Positions 37,396 to 47,346 of a stretch of 64,000 nucleotides of DNA are shown here, piece by piece (position 1 is the stretch's first letter; each line of letters opens with the position of its first letter). The DNA comes from Nitrospirota bacterium (lineage in GTDB: Bacteria > Nitrospirota > UBA9217). The notes under the pieces are model-generated. The model had not been told where the DNA came from and did no database searches. It saw nothing but the letters and a program-made list of their open reading frames with translations. The stretch covers positions 128,001 through 192,000 of the forward strand of contig CAWCKW010000012.1 in assembly GCA_963796285.1 (NCBI GenBank). Direction: 5' to 3'. Made by a program: the position numbers and the translations under genes.

Positions 37396-38886
37396 ATGCT
37401 TGCACTATTGATCATACCTGTCATCACCGCGATCATCTGCTATAACATGCGGAATCCGCGCATTGTCGGCTACGTAAGTCTTCTCGGCGTGGCGACGGTG
37501 GTCGTGTGCGCGTTCCCGGTCATTGCCGCATCTTTTGCCGGTTCGGTCTCCGATCTGAGCGGGGCGTTTTCCATGGACGCCCTGTCGGGGTACATCATGG
37601 CGCTGGTGATCTTACTGAGCCTCGCCTCGGCCATCTATTCCATCGGTTATCTTGAGCATGAGTTCGACACCGGCCTCATGAACCTTCGCGGCGTGAGGAC
37701 CTATTACGGACTGTTCCACCTCTTTATCTTTACCATGCTCCTCGTGACCATGGCGAACAACCTCGCTGTCATGTGGATTGGCATCGAGGCGACGACCATC
37801 GTATCCGCGCTCCTCATCGGTCTCGGGTTTCACAAGCGGCCCCTGGCCGTCGAAGCCGCGTGGAAGTACATCATCCTGTGCACGGTCGGCATCACCTTCG
37901 CCCTGCTCGGCACCTTCATCGCTTACTACGCGTCAACGGCGGTCATGGGCGCCGAAGGCGCGCTCAATTGGACCGAACTGAGAGGCGTGGCCCACAGGCT
38001 GAATCCCGAAACCATGAAACTTGCGTTCGTCTTCGTGCTCGTGGGTTACGGCACCAAAGCAGGCCTCGCCCCGGTGCATAACTGGCTGCCCGACGCCCAC
38101 AGCCAGGCGCCAAGCCCCATCAGCGCACTGCTCTCGGGCATTCTCCTGAACACGGCCTTCTACGGCATCATGCGCTTCGTCTCGATCATTGAGCCATCGA
38201 CCGGCAGAGCGTTCACCGGGAACCTGCTCATCATCTTCGGACTCATCTCGATCGGCATCTCGTCCATCTTCATCCTGGTGCAGGACAATTACAAGAGGCT
38301 CCTCGCGTACAGCAGCATCGAGCATATGGGCATCATCGCCCTGGGCATCGGCATCGGCGGGCCGGTGGGGATCTACGGCGCGCTGCTCCACATCCTGAAC
38401 CATGCCCTGTCCAAGCCGCTGATGTTCTTCGCTTCAGGCAAAATTCAGGCGCGCTTCGGTTCCACGAACATCGCGAATGTGAACGGCGTTCTTTCGTCGA
38501 TGCCGCTGCTCGGCGCGCTCACGTTCATCGGCGCATTGTCGCTTTCGGGTACGCCGCCTTTTAATATTTTCATGAGTGAGTTCACGGTTATGAAGGCTGC
38601 TGTCGACAGGGGATTGTGGCCCGTGGTGGCGCTCTTCCTGGTGTTCGTGGTCATCGTGTTTTACGGAGTGCTTTCGGGATTCGGGAAGATGTTGTTCGGC
38701 AAGCCGGGAGAAGTCCTGGTCCCTGATGCCGGCGCGCACCATGCCTCCGCGTTTACGTTCGGAGAATTCCTGGGCAACGCGGTGATGGTCGTCATGGCGA
38801 TAGCGGTCATTGTCATGGGCGTAACGGTCCCCGGGTTTGTCGACAACGCGATCAGGACCTGTGTTCAGGTCCTCGGAGCAAATTGA
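37396..38886 (+). CDS. hyfF: Ehr-1 HyfF antiporter-like subunit
   Basis: EAAWKY, GTKAGLAPVHNWLPDAHSQAP, AYSSIEH. Confidence 0.92.
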   Translation: MLALLIIPVITAIICYNMRNPRIVGYVSLLGVATVVVCAFPVIAASFAGSVSDLSGAFSMDALSGYIMALVILLSLASAIYSIGYLEHEFDTGLMNLRGVRTYYGLFHLFIFTMLLVTMANNLAVMWIGIEATTIVSALLIGLGFHKRPLAVEAAWKYIILCTVGITFALLGTFIAYYASTAVMGAEGALNWTELRGVAHRLNPETMKLAFVFVLVGYGTKAGLAPVHNWLPDAHSQAPSPISALLSGILLNTAFYGIMRFVSIIEPSTGRAFTGNLLIIFGLISIGISSIFILVQDNYKRLLAYSSIEHMGIIALGIGIGGPVGIYGALLHILNHALSKPLMFFASGKIQARFGSTNIANVNGVLSSMPLLGALTFIGALSLSGTPPFNIFMSEFTVMKAAVDRGLWPVVALFLVFVVIVFYGVLSGFGKMLFGKPGEVLVPDAGAHHASAFTFGEFLGNAVMVVMAIAVIVMGVTVPGFVDNAIRTCVQVLGAN

Positions 38887-40454
38887 TGGAAAAGATCATA
38901 AAAAAAGCGCTCAGCGTCAAGGAACGGTTGAACGAATCCACCATCGAAGTGAACAGGGACGACTTCAAGTATTGTTGCCAGTATTTTATCGACGATCTTC
39001 ATGCGCTGCTGCGCGTCATGTTCGCGACCGATGAGCGGGAACGGGACGGCGTGTTCAGGGTCTACGTGGTTTTTTCGATACCCGGGACGGATCGGTTCAA
39101 CAGTATCGTCCTCGCGCTGAAGGAGGATGATCTCTCGTTCCCCTCGCTCACGCCTCATATTCCCGCCGCTCACTGGTACGAACGCGAGATCATGGATCTG
39201 TTCGGCCTGACGCCGAAGGGACATCCCGACCAGCGCAGGCTTGTTTTTCACGAAGCCTTTCCTGCGAATGCGCACCCGCTTCGCAAGGACTGGTCGATTT
39301 CTGAGTCCGAACTCAGCGAATGGGGCGAGGGAACGATGGTAAAGGTCCCGCATCCCTTCATGGAAGTCGCGGGCGAAGGGATCCTGGAGATCCCGGTGGG
39401 ACCGGTGCACGCGGGCATCATTGAACCCGGACATTTCAGGTTCAGCGCAGTGGGAGAAACCATATTTTTTCTCGAGCCCCGGCTGTTCTATACGCACAAG
39501 GGCACGGAAAAACATTTTGAGACCCTGGGCTTTATCGAAGGCGTGAAGCTTGCCGAGCGCGTTTCGGGCACGTCCTCCTTTTCCCATGGGGCCGCATACT
39601 GCATGGCGGTAGAGCGCATGATGGGGATCGAGATCACCGAGAGGGCCTCGGCAGTGCGGACGCTTCTGCTCGAACTTGAACGTCTGTACAATCACATCGG
39701 CGATATCGGGAACATGTGCGCTGGAACAGCTTTAGGCGTAGGGTATATGAACGGCGCCGTGATCAAAGAACGGCTCATGCAGCTCAACGAACGGCTTACC
39801 GGCAGCAGGTATCTGCGCAACGTGAACGTCGCCGGCGGCGTTACGAAGGACGTATATTCCCGGACCGATGATATTCTCAAGACCCTCGATATCGTCACCC
39901 GGGAATATAAGGAACTCATGAAACTGCTGCTGGGTTCGGTCTCTCATATAGAACGGCTCGAGAATACCGGCAGGTTATCGAAGGACATCGCCCGAAAGCT
40001 CGGCGTCACCGGCGTGGCGGCCCGCGCATCGGGTCTGGCCGACGACATAAGAAAGTCCCATCCCCATCTTCTGTACGACCGCCTGATATTCGAAGCCCAC
40101 ACCCTTGAAAAAGGGGATGTGATGGCGCGCATGATGGTCAGGTCGGAAGAAATAGAATGTTCCATATCCATGATACAGGAGCTCATCGAAAGCGGGTACA
40201 AGGGCGAACTTGCCGTTCCGGTGAAGACTCCGGCGCCGTATTCGTCCGCGTTAGGATATGTAGAGACGCCGCGGGGGTCGTTATTCTACTTTGTCATGGC
40301 GGACAAGGACGGGAAGCCGCTCAGGGTGAAGCTTCGCTCGCCGTCGTACTGCAACTGGCCCGCGGTGCCCTTCGCGGTCCACGGGAACATCGTGCCTGAC
40401 TTCCCCCTGTGCAATAAGAGCTTTAATTTATCGTATTCAGGGACGGATATGTAG
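38886..40454 (+). CDS. Ehr-1 large subunit (HycE/NuoCD-like) without NiFe ligands
   Basis: GPVHAGIIEPGHF; ERVSGTS in place of RxCGxC; NLSYSGTDM in place of DPCxxC. Confidence 0.9.
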   Translation: MEKIIKKALSVKERLNESTIEVNRDDFKYCCQYFIDDLHALLRVMFATDERERDGVFRVYVVFSIPGTDRFNSIVLALKEDDLSFPSLTPHIPAAHWYEREIMDLFGLTPKGHPDQRRLVFHEAFPANAHPLRKDWSISESELSEWGEGTMVKVPHPFMEVAGEGILEIPVGPVHAGIIEPGHFRFSAVGETIFFLEPRLFYTHKGTEKHFETLGFIEGVKLAERVSGTSSFSHGAAYCMAVERMMGIEITERASAVRTLLLELERLYNHIGDIGNMCAGTALGVGYMNGAVIKERLMQLNERLTGSRYLRNVNVAGGVTKDVYSRTDDILKTLDIVTREYKELMKLLLGSVSHIERLENTGRLSKDIARKLGVTGVAARASGLADDIRKSHPHLLYDRLIFEAHTLEKGDVMARMMVRSEEIECSISMIQELIESGYKGELAVPVKTPAPYSSALGYVETPRGSLFYFVMADKDGKPLRVKLRSPSYCNWPAVPFAVHGNIVPDFPLCNKSFNLSYSGTDM

Positions 40455-40466
40455 AGAGGCGGGAGT

Positions 40467-40656
40467 TAGTAACCAAAGAATCAAATTCTACTCAAAACGG
40501 CAAGAATATTTCGCGCAAAGTCGCTAAGCTCGCAAAGAAAGCCAAATTATTTGTTTTTTAAAAAACCAAGACTTACAGATTTTCTTGGCATCCTTTGCGG
40601 TTTTGCGCGAGACGCCTTTCGGTTTTGACCTTTCGGTTCCGGCTTGTCCGGGTTAG
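40467..40656 (+). repeat. Family A element, copy 3
   Basis: TAGTAACC...GTTCCGGCTTGTCCGGGTTAG. Confidence 0.85.
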
Positions 40657-40781
40657 GAGTTCGGAGTTAGGATTAAGGAGTAAAGAGATCAGAGAATAAG
40701 CCGATTTGAAGCATCGGACTTCAACCGAGGGTGTCAGAACGGCAATAATGTCATCTTGAATGCGAATAAGAAGAGAATATT

Positions 40782-41306
40782 ATGCTTAAAGAAATTATCA
40801 GGAACATAGTTTCCAAAAAGAAAGCCCTTCCATTCCCGGAAGGGTTTACCCTCGCCCCGGAGCAGGCGTTGAAGATTGTTGACTTTCAGCGAAAGATTGA
40901 TACAATCTTTAAGAGGTCGCTCCGGATCAGGCACATAGACGCGGGTTCGTGCAATGCCTGCGAGTGGGAATGCACCGCGCTGACGAATCCGGTCTACGAC
41001 ATCCAGCGGTTCGGCGTCGACTTCGTGGCTTCGCCGCGTCATGCCGATGTTCTGCTCGTGACCGGGCCGGTAAGCCGCCAGATGGAGTTGGCGCTCAAGA
41101 GGACGTACCTCGCGACTCCCGAGCCGAGGATTGTTGTCGCGTGCGGAGATTGCGCGCTGGACGGCGGCATTTATAAAGGCAGCTATGCGGTCACGAACGG
41201 GGCGGCGAAGGTGATCCCCGTGGACGGATATATCCCCGGATGCCCGCCGACGCCCGCCGCGGTCATGATCGGACTTTCCGAGATCATCGATAAAATCGCC
41301 CGATGA
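40782..41306 (+). CDS. Ehr-1 small subunit (HycG/NuoB-like)
   Basis: GSCNACE, SPRHAD, GDCA, PGCPP. Confidence 0.92.
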   Translation: MLKEIIRNIVSKKKALPFPEGFTLAPEQALKIVDFQRKIDTIFKRSLRIRHIDAGSCNACEWECTALTNPVYDIQRFGVDFVASPRHADVLLVTGPVSRQMELALKRTYLATPEPRIVVACGDCALDGGIYKGSYAVTNGAAKVIPVDGYIPGCPPTPAAVMIGLSEIIDKIAR

Positions 41307-41393
41307 ATTGATCGTCTCGTGAGCACGGATTTTATTTCCAACAACTGATCAGTTCCAGATTAAAGATGCAGGGATACTCGGGGAGGTAAGAAC

Positions 41394-43439
41394 GTGCTTC
41401 TTTCACCTATCAGTATCATATCCTCATCTTTCGCAATGCTGCTGCTCCTGCTTGCGCTGACGCCGTTCCTGTGCCTGAACCAGCGCCTCCTCATCAACGT
41501 CGGATTTATTTTCACCGCGATCATTTCCCTGCTCACTACGGTCGCGGGCGCCTGGGCGGTAGCGAGCGGCATCACCTATCAGGTTGTTCTGCCTCTCGGA
41601 CTGCCGGATCTGCCCTTTCATCTGCGACTCGACCTTTTGTCCGGTTATTTCCTGGTGGTCGTCGGTCTGCTCTCTTTTTTCGTGTCCATTTACTCTATCG
41701 GCTACGTCAAGGGCTTTCTAGGCCACCGGTCCATCACGAGCCTGGTGGTCTTTTATTCGGTATTTATCGCGGGCATGTTTCTCGTTGTCCTGGCCGACGA
41801 CGCCTTTTTTTTCCTGATCGCCTGGGAAATGATGGCCGCGGCATCCTACTTTCTGGTGCTCTTTGAAGATGAGCGGATCGAAAACAGGCGGGCCGCTTTC
41901 CTATACCTTGTGGTGGCCCACGTGGGTGCTATCGCGATCCTCCTGTCCTTCGGTGTCATGGCGGGGCTGGCGACCGGGTTCTCCGGATTTCAAAGTTATA
42001 CCTTCGATGCCATGCGCGGGACCGAACTCCCCGCGGGGCTGGCAACGCTCGCTTTCTTCCTGGCGTTCTTCGGGTTCGCCGCAAAGGCCGGCGTGGTCCC
42101 ACTCCACGTATGGCTGCCCGAGGCTCACCCGGTCGCGCCGTCGAATGTTTCCGCGCTCATGAGCGGGGTCATGCTCAAGACAGCCATCTATGGGATCGTG
42201 CGGGTCGTCTTCGATCTTATCGGCCATTTCCCCTGGTGGTGGGGGGCGATCGTGCTGGTGTTCGGACTCGTTTCAGCGGTCATGGGTGTCCTCTATGCCT
42301 TGATGCAGCATGATCTGAAAAGGCTTCTCGCGTACCATTCCGTCGAGAATATCGGAATCATTCTCATCGGCATCGGCCTCGCTATGATCTTCACGTCCTT
42401 CAATATGTCTCTCCTTGCGGCCCTGGCGCTCATCGCGGGCTTGTATCACACGCTGAACCATGCGATGTTCAAGGGGCTCCTGTTCATGGGAGCGGGGGCC
42501 GTGCTCCATGCGACCCATGAGAAGAACATGGAAGAGATGGGCGGCCTCATCCGCTTCATGCCCTGGACGGCCGTTCTGTTCCTCATCGGCTGCGTTTCGA
42601 TCTCCGCGCTGCCGCCCTTTAACGGGTTTGTGTCCGAGTGGCTCACCTATCAGGCGTTCCTGCTGTCGCCCGCGCTTCCCAGTCCGCTCCTGAACCTGCT
42701 CATCCCGCTGGGCGCCGCGCTTCTTGCGCTCACGAGCGCGCTCGCCGCCGCCTGTTTCGTGAAGGCCTTCGGCGTGACCTTTCTCGGGCATCAGCGCGGG
42801 CACCATCACGGCCGCATCCATGAGGTGCGCTGGACCATGCGGATCGGCATGCTGCTCACGGCGCTCACGTGTCTCGGTCTCGGTGTTTTCCCAACGGTCA
42901 TCATCAAATGGATGGACCCGATCGCGGAGAAACTGGTAGGGGGTACGATCGCGGCCTCTGCTTCGGGCTTCGGCTGGATGTGGCTCACTCCGATCGCGGC
43001 CGAGCGGGCATCCTATTCCGCGCCCATTGCATTTCTGGGCATTCTCTCCGTAGTGATCATAACGTATTTACTGCTCCATGCTCGTCCCGGGGCCCTCCAC
43101 CGGGTGCCGCTCTGGGACTGCGGTTTTGAAAAGGTCACCAACCGGATGCAGTACACCGCCACATCCTTCGCCATGCCCTTGCGCAGGATCTTCGGATATC
43201 TTTTCAACATCAAGGAGAGCGTGCGGCAGTTTCCGCCGGCGCCGCATCCGGCCTTCCCGCAGCGTTTGTATTACCACCTCCGGATACGGGACCGCTTCTG
43301 GGGGTGGATATACCAGCCCGTGGTTGACGCCAGCTTCTGGCTTTCCCGCAGGATCGGCAGAATGCAGCACGGACACATCCAGGTGTACCTCATTTATTCC
43401 TTTGTGACGATCGTGGTGCTGCTGATTTTCTTGAGATGA
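41394..43439 (+). CDS. hyfB: Ehr-2 HyfB-like antiporter subunit
   Basis: KAGVVPLHVWLPEAHPVAPS, AYHSVEN, PPFNGFVSEW. Confidence 0.93.
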   Translation: MLLSPISIISSSFAMLLLLLALTPFLCLNQRLLINVGFIFTAIISLLTTVAGAWAVASGITYQVVLPLGLPDLPFHLRLDLLSGYFLVVVGLLSFFVSIYSIGYVKGFLGHRSITSLVVFYSVFIAGMFLVVLADDAFFFLIAWEMMAAASYFLVLFEDERIENRRAAFLYLVVAHVGAIAILLSFGVMAGLATGFSGFQSYTFDAMRGTELPAGLATLAFFLAFFGFAAKAGVVPLHVWLPEAHPVAPSNVSALMSGVMLKTAIYGIVRVVFDLIGHFPWWWGAIVLVFGLVSAVMGVLYALMQHDLKRLLAYHSVENIGIILIGIGLAMIFTSFNMSLLAALALIAGLYHTLNHAMFKGLLFMGAGAVLHATHEKNMEEMGGLIRFMPWTAVLFLIGCVSISALPPFNGFVSEWLTYQAFLLSPALPSPLLNLLIPLGAALLALTSALAAACFVKAFGVTFLGHQRGHHHGRIHEVRWTMRIGMLLTALTCLGLGVFPTVIIKWMDPIAEKLVGGTIAASASGFGWMWLTPIAAERASYSAPIAFLGILSVVIITYLLLHARPGALHRVPLWDCGFEKVTNRMQYTATSFAMPLRRIFGYLFNIKESVRQFPPAPHPAFPQRLYYHLRIRDRFWGWIYQPVVDASFWLSRRIGRMQHGHIQVYLIYSFVTIVVLLIFLR

Positions 43440-43513
43440 AAAAGAGTCGAAGAATTTTACGGGATAACAGGAGTGACAGGATTATTTTGGATTTTAATTT
43501 GCGTGTCCTTATT

Positions 43514-43582
43514 CGTCATGCCGGGCTTGATCCGGCATCCAGAGGTTTATGAGACTGGATTCCTGCCTCCGCAGGAATGACG
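43514..43582. repeat. REP-like palindrome nested in a GACAGG/CCTGTC hairpin spanning about 43455-43668
   Basis: CGTCATGCCGGGCTTGATCCGGCATCCAG...CTGGATTCCTGCCTCCGCAGGAATGACG. Confidence 0.7.
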
Positions 43583-43687
43583 ATCATGAATGAAACGGTA
43601 ATTACTGGAGTACAGACGCTCATCAGCAGATTCGTAAATCAGATTTTTATCCTGTTATCCTGTCAAAAGCATTGAAGGGGTTTTTGA

Positions 43688-44632
43688 TTGATCATTAATT
43701 CATTCATCATAGAGGCTCTCCAGGTCGTGATGCTCCTCTTCATCGCCCCCGCGTTTGCGGGATGGGTGAAGATGGTGAAGTGCTGGTTCCAGGGCCGCAG
43801 GTCGCCGAGCCTGTTCCAGCCCTACCGGGATGTCATGAAGCTTTTAGCAAAGGACGTGACCCTTGCGGAGAACGCGTCGTGGATCTTCCGGTTTACGCCC
43901 TATCTTGTTTTCGGCATCATGATCATGGCCGGGGGGATCATTCCCATCGTGTCGATGGACCTGCCGCTGTCGGCCACGGCCGATGTGATCGCGCTCGTGG
44001 CGCTCTTTGCGATAGCTCGATTTTTCACCGCGCTTGCCGGGATGGACATCGGCACCGCTTTCGGAGGCATGGGGTCAAGCAGGGAAATGACCATCGCTTC
44101 CCTGGCGGAGCCGGCCATGCTCATGGCCGTGTTCGCCGTTTCACTCGTCAGCAAGTCCACGTCCCTGTCGCACATATCTGCGGTCATCTCCCAGGGCCAC
44201 TCCCTGCTGCGGCCGTCTCTGGTTTTCGCTCTCCTGGCGTTCATCCTGATCGCGCTGGCCGAAACGGGAAGGATACCGGTTGACAACCCCGCGACCCACC
44301 TTGAGCTCACGATGATCCACGAAGCGATGATCCTTGAATATTCGGGCCGCCACCTTGCTCTCATCGAGTGGGCTGGGATGATGAAGCTTTTTCTCTTTAC
44401 CTCCCTGGGCATTGCCTCTTTTTTCCCCTGGGGAATCGCGCAGAACGAAAACCTTGTAGACATCATCGTTGCGTTGCCGGTATTGCTGCTCAAGCTCGGC
44501 TTCGTCGGGTTCTGCCTCGTGTTGATGGAGACCGTCATGGCCAAGATGCGGATCTTCCGCATTACCGAGTTCCTGGGCAGCGCGTTCCTCTTCGCCACGC
44601 TCGGGATGCTGTCGTATTTCATGCTGGAATAG
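43688..44632 (+). CDS. hyfC: Ehr-2 HyfC/HycD subunit
   Basis: GMGSSRE, ETGRIPVDNPATHLELTMIHE. Confidence 0.92.
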   Translation: MIINSFIIEALQVVMLLFIAPAFAGWVKMVKCWFQGRRSPSLFQPYRDVMKLLAKDVTLAENASWIFRFTPYLVFGIMIMAGGIIPIVSMDLPLSATADVIALVALFAIARFFTALAGMDIGTAFGGMGSSREMTIASLAEPAMLMAVFAVSLVSKSTSLSHISAVISQGHSLLRPSLVFALLAFILIALAETGRIPVDNPATHLELTMIHEAMILEYSGRHLALIEWAGMMKLFLFTSLGIASFFPWGIAQNENLVDIIVALPVLLLKLGFVGFCLVLMETVMAKMRIFRITEFLGSAFLFATLGMLSYFMLE

Positions 44633-44951
44633 ATTGTTTTTTACCACAAAGTTGAGAAATGAAACAATAATATTTACCACAGAGAACACGGAGGATAAAT
44701 CTGTTAAAGTACTTTACGAACCAACATCGTGAATTTTGAGTCAATTTTTTACCACGGAAAAGGCCACGAACTGTCACGGAAATAATGAGAACCATATATT
44801 AAAGATTGTTTTGCTCTTTCCGTGTGCTTCTGTGTGGCTCCGTGGTAATGATAATTATAGGGTTTGAAGTTCACCTCGTAAAATATTTAAAACCTCTGTG
44901 AACTCTGTGGTTGGTTTTGACAGTAAGGTGTTTCATTAAAAGAGGAACGAT

Positions 44952-45617
44952 ATGGACATGCAGCTTGCAGCGCAAATCAACAGTCTTCTGGCCGCCCTGA
45001 TCCTCCTGACGGCGTTCGGCCTGCTGGTGCAGCGGAGGATGAACGCCCTTTTGCATTTGTTCGCGGTCCAGGGTTTTCTGCTTGCTGTGAGCACCGCAAC
45101 AGTGGGGTATGTGGGTGGAGTGCATGACCTGTACATCTCGTCCGTGTTGACGCTTTCCATGAAGGTCGTGCTGCTACCGTATATTCTGCATAAACTGATC
45201 GTGAAGCTCAGGATACATAAGGAAGTGGAGACCATCGTGAACATCCCCACCACCATGCTGATGGGGATCGTTCTGGTAATATTCTCCTATCATCTCACCG
45301 CGCCGATCAGGGAGCTTTCTACCCTCGTGACTCGTTCAACCCTGGCGGTCGCACTCGCGACGGTCATGCTCGGTTTCCTGATGATGATCACCCGCAGGCA
45401 TGCGGTCACCCAGATCATCGGGTTCCTTGCCATGGAGAACGGGCTCTTGTTCGCCGCAACGAGCGCCACCTACGGCATGCCGCTCGTGGTCGAACTGGGC
45501 GTGGCCCTGGATCTTTTGATCGCGGCCTTTATCTTCGGCATGTTCTTTTTTCATATCAGCACGACGTTCGACAGCCTGGATGTGGATCAGATGGCGAGGT
45601 TGAAGGAAGAAGATTGA
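44952..45617 (+). CDS. hyfE: Ehr-2 HyfE subunit
   Basis: AMENG, VELGVALD. Confidence 0.9.
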   Translation: MDMQLAAQINSLLAALILLTAFGLLVQRRMNALLHLFAVQGFLLAVSTATVGYVGGVHDLYISSVLTLSMKVVLLPYILHKLIVKLRIHKEVETIVNIPTTMLMGIVLVIFSYHLTAPIRELSTLVTRSTLAVALATVMLGFLMMITRRHAVTQIIGFLAMENGLLFAATSATYGMPLVVELGVALDLLIAAFIFGMFFFHISTTFDSLDVDQMARLKEED

Positions 45618-45897
45618 CGCGCACGCTCGCGCGATTGGAAATTGTAGATTGGAAATTGGAGACTTAAGTTTCCTCGCCCCTTGAGGAGAGGGCGGAGGGT
45701 GAGGGGTGATGTAGATTTCAGCAATAGGGCGGGTTGAACAACGCGAAGCCCGACGTACCAACTTTACGAAGAATTATTTTGAATATGGTGGGTTTCACTT
45801 CGTTCTACTCAACCTGCGACTTGCAAATTGCGTAAGGACGTTTTTGATTTGAAATTATCAATCGTAAATTTACAATTGCCGATTTTCTGAGGTTTTC

Positions 45898-47346
45898 ATG
45901 ACTCTCCTGATCCTCTTAATTGTCCCACTTTTCGCATCCCTGGCGCTCGCCTTTATCGGCGACCGGAGGCTCGCGCCCGAGGTGAACATCCTCGGCTCTG
46001 CCGCTACGTTTGTAACGAGCATCGCGCTGGCTCTCGAGGTCTACGAGCAGGGGCCGATTCTTGCGGGAAACAATTTTTTCTTTGTAGACGCCTTCAGCGT
46101 TTACCTCACCGTGCTCACCGCTTTTGTTTCCATGACCACCGCGATCTTCAGCAGGAGATACATGCGCCGTGAACTGGAACACGGGACCCTGGGGCACCGC
46201 AGAATACGCTTTTACCACGCTATGTTCCAGCTCTTTATCTTCGCCATGCTGCTCTGCCTCCTGACCAATAATGTGGGCATTCTCTGGATATCCATGGAAC
46301 TGGCAACCTTGTCCACGGTCTTGTTGGTGTCACTGTACCGTACGCCCGCCGCGATCGAAGCGGCATGGAAGTATTTTATTCTCTGCGGCGTCGGGATCGC
46401 CCTGGCGCTTTTCGGCACGGTGCTGCTGTACTTCGCGGCGGAAAAGGTGCTCGGTCCGGGAGGCGCTGCGCTCCACTGGACGAACCTGAGTCAGGTGAGC
46501 GACAAACTCGAACCGACCATCCTGTCCCTTGCTTTTGTGTTTCTCATGGTGGGCTACGGCACCAAGGTGGGGCTCGTGCCGATCCATAACTGGCTGCCCG
46601 ATGCCCACAGCGAAGGCCCCACGCCTATCTCCGCCGTGCTCTCGGGCCTCTTGCTCAATATTGCTTTGTATGCGTTGGTCCGGTGCAAGGTCCTTGTGGA
46701 CGGGTCCACGGGCACGCACCATTCAGGCGACATCATGATGGGTTTCGGCATTCTCTCGATCATTGTCGCTTCTTTTTCCCTGCTGCGCCAGAAGGACATC
46801 AAGCGGATGTTCGCCTATTCATCGATCGAGCACATGGGGATCGCAACCTTTGCCTTCGGCCTGGGAGGACCCATCGCCACCTTCGGCGCCCTTCTGCACA
46901 TGCTGGTCCACAGCCTGACCAAGTCGTCCATCTTCTTCACCGTGGGCCACGCTTCGCAGATGCACAGGACCCAGGAGATGGACAGGATCAAAGGGCTGAT
47001 CAGGGGAAATCCGTTAGTGGGGTGGGGCATGGCCATCGGGGTCATGGCGATCGTGGGCATGCCGCCTTTCGGCGTGTTCACGAGCGAGTTTCTGATACTC
47101 ACGGCAACCATAAAGGACGCGCCGCTTTTGGCGCCCTTTCTTCTCCTGGGGCTTGCTGTTTCCTTTGCCGCCCTTTTCAGGAGGGTCCAGCCCATGGTAG
47201 CGGGCGAGATACCAGCGGGCCAGCATAAATTGAAGGCGGCCCATATTCCCGTGATCCTGCATCTGGCAGTGGTCCTCGTCCTCGGGCTGTATATGCCGAA
47301 ATTCCTCGCCGGATGGTTCCAAACCGCAGTGGGGTTGTTGAAGTGA
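45898..47346 (+). CDS. hyfF: Ehr-2 HyfF subunit
   Basis: EAAWKY, HNWLPDAHSEGP, AYSSIEH. Confidence 0.92.
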   Translation: MTLLILLIVPLFASLALAFIGDRRLAPEVNILGSAATFVTSIALALEVYEQGPILAGNNFFFVDAFSVYLTVLTAFVSMTTAIFSRRYMRRELEHGTLGHRRIRFYHAMFQLFIFAMLLCLLTNNVGILWISMELATLSTVLLVSLYRTPAAIEAAWKYFILCGVGIALALFGTVLLYFAAEKVLGPGGAALHWTNLSQVSDKLEPTILSLAFVFLMVGYGTKVGLVPIHNWLPDAHSEGPTPISAVLSGLLLNIALYALVRCKVLVDGSTGTHHSGDIMMGFGILSIIVASFSLLRQKDIKRMFAYSSIEHMGIATFAFGLGGPIATFGALLHMLVHSLTKSSIFFTVGHASQMHRTQEMDRIKGLIRGNPLVGWGMAIGVMAIVGMPPFGVFTSEFLILTATIKDAPLLAPFLLLGLAVSFAALFRRVQPMVAGEIPAGQHKLKAAHIPVILHLAVVLVLGLYMPKFLAGWFQTAVGLLK

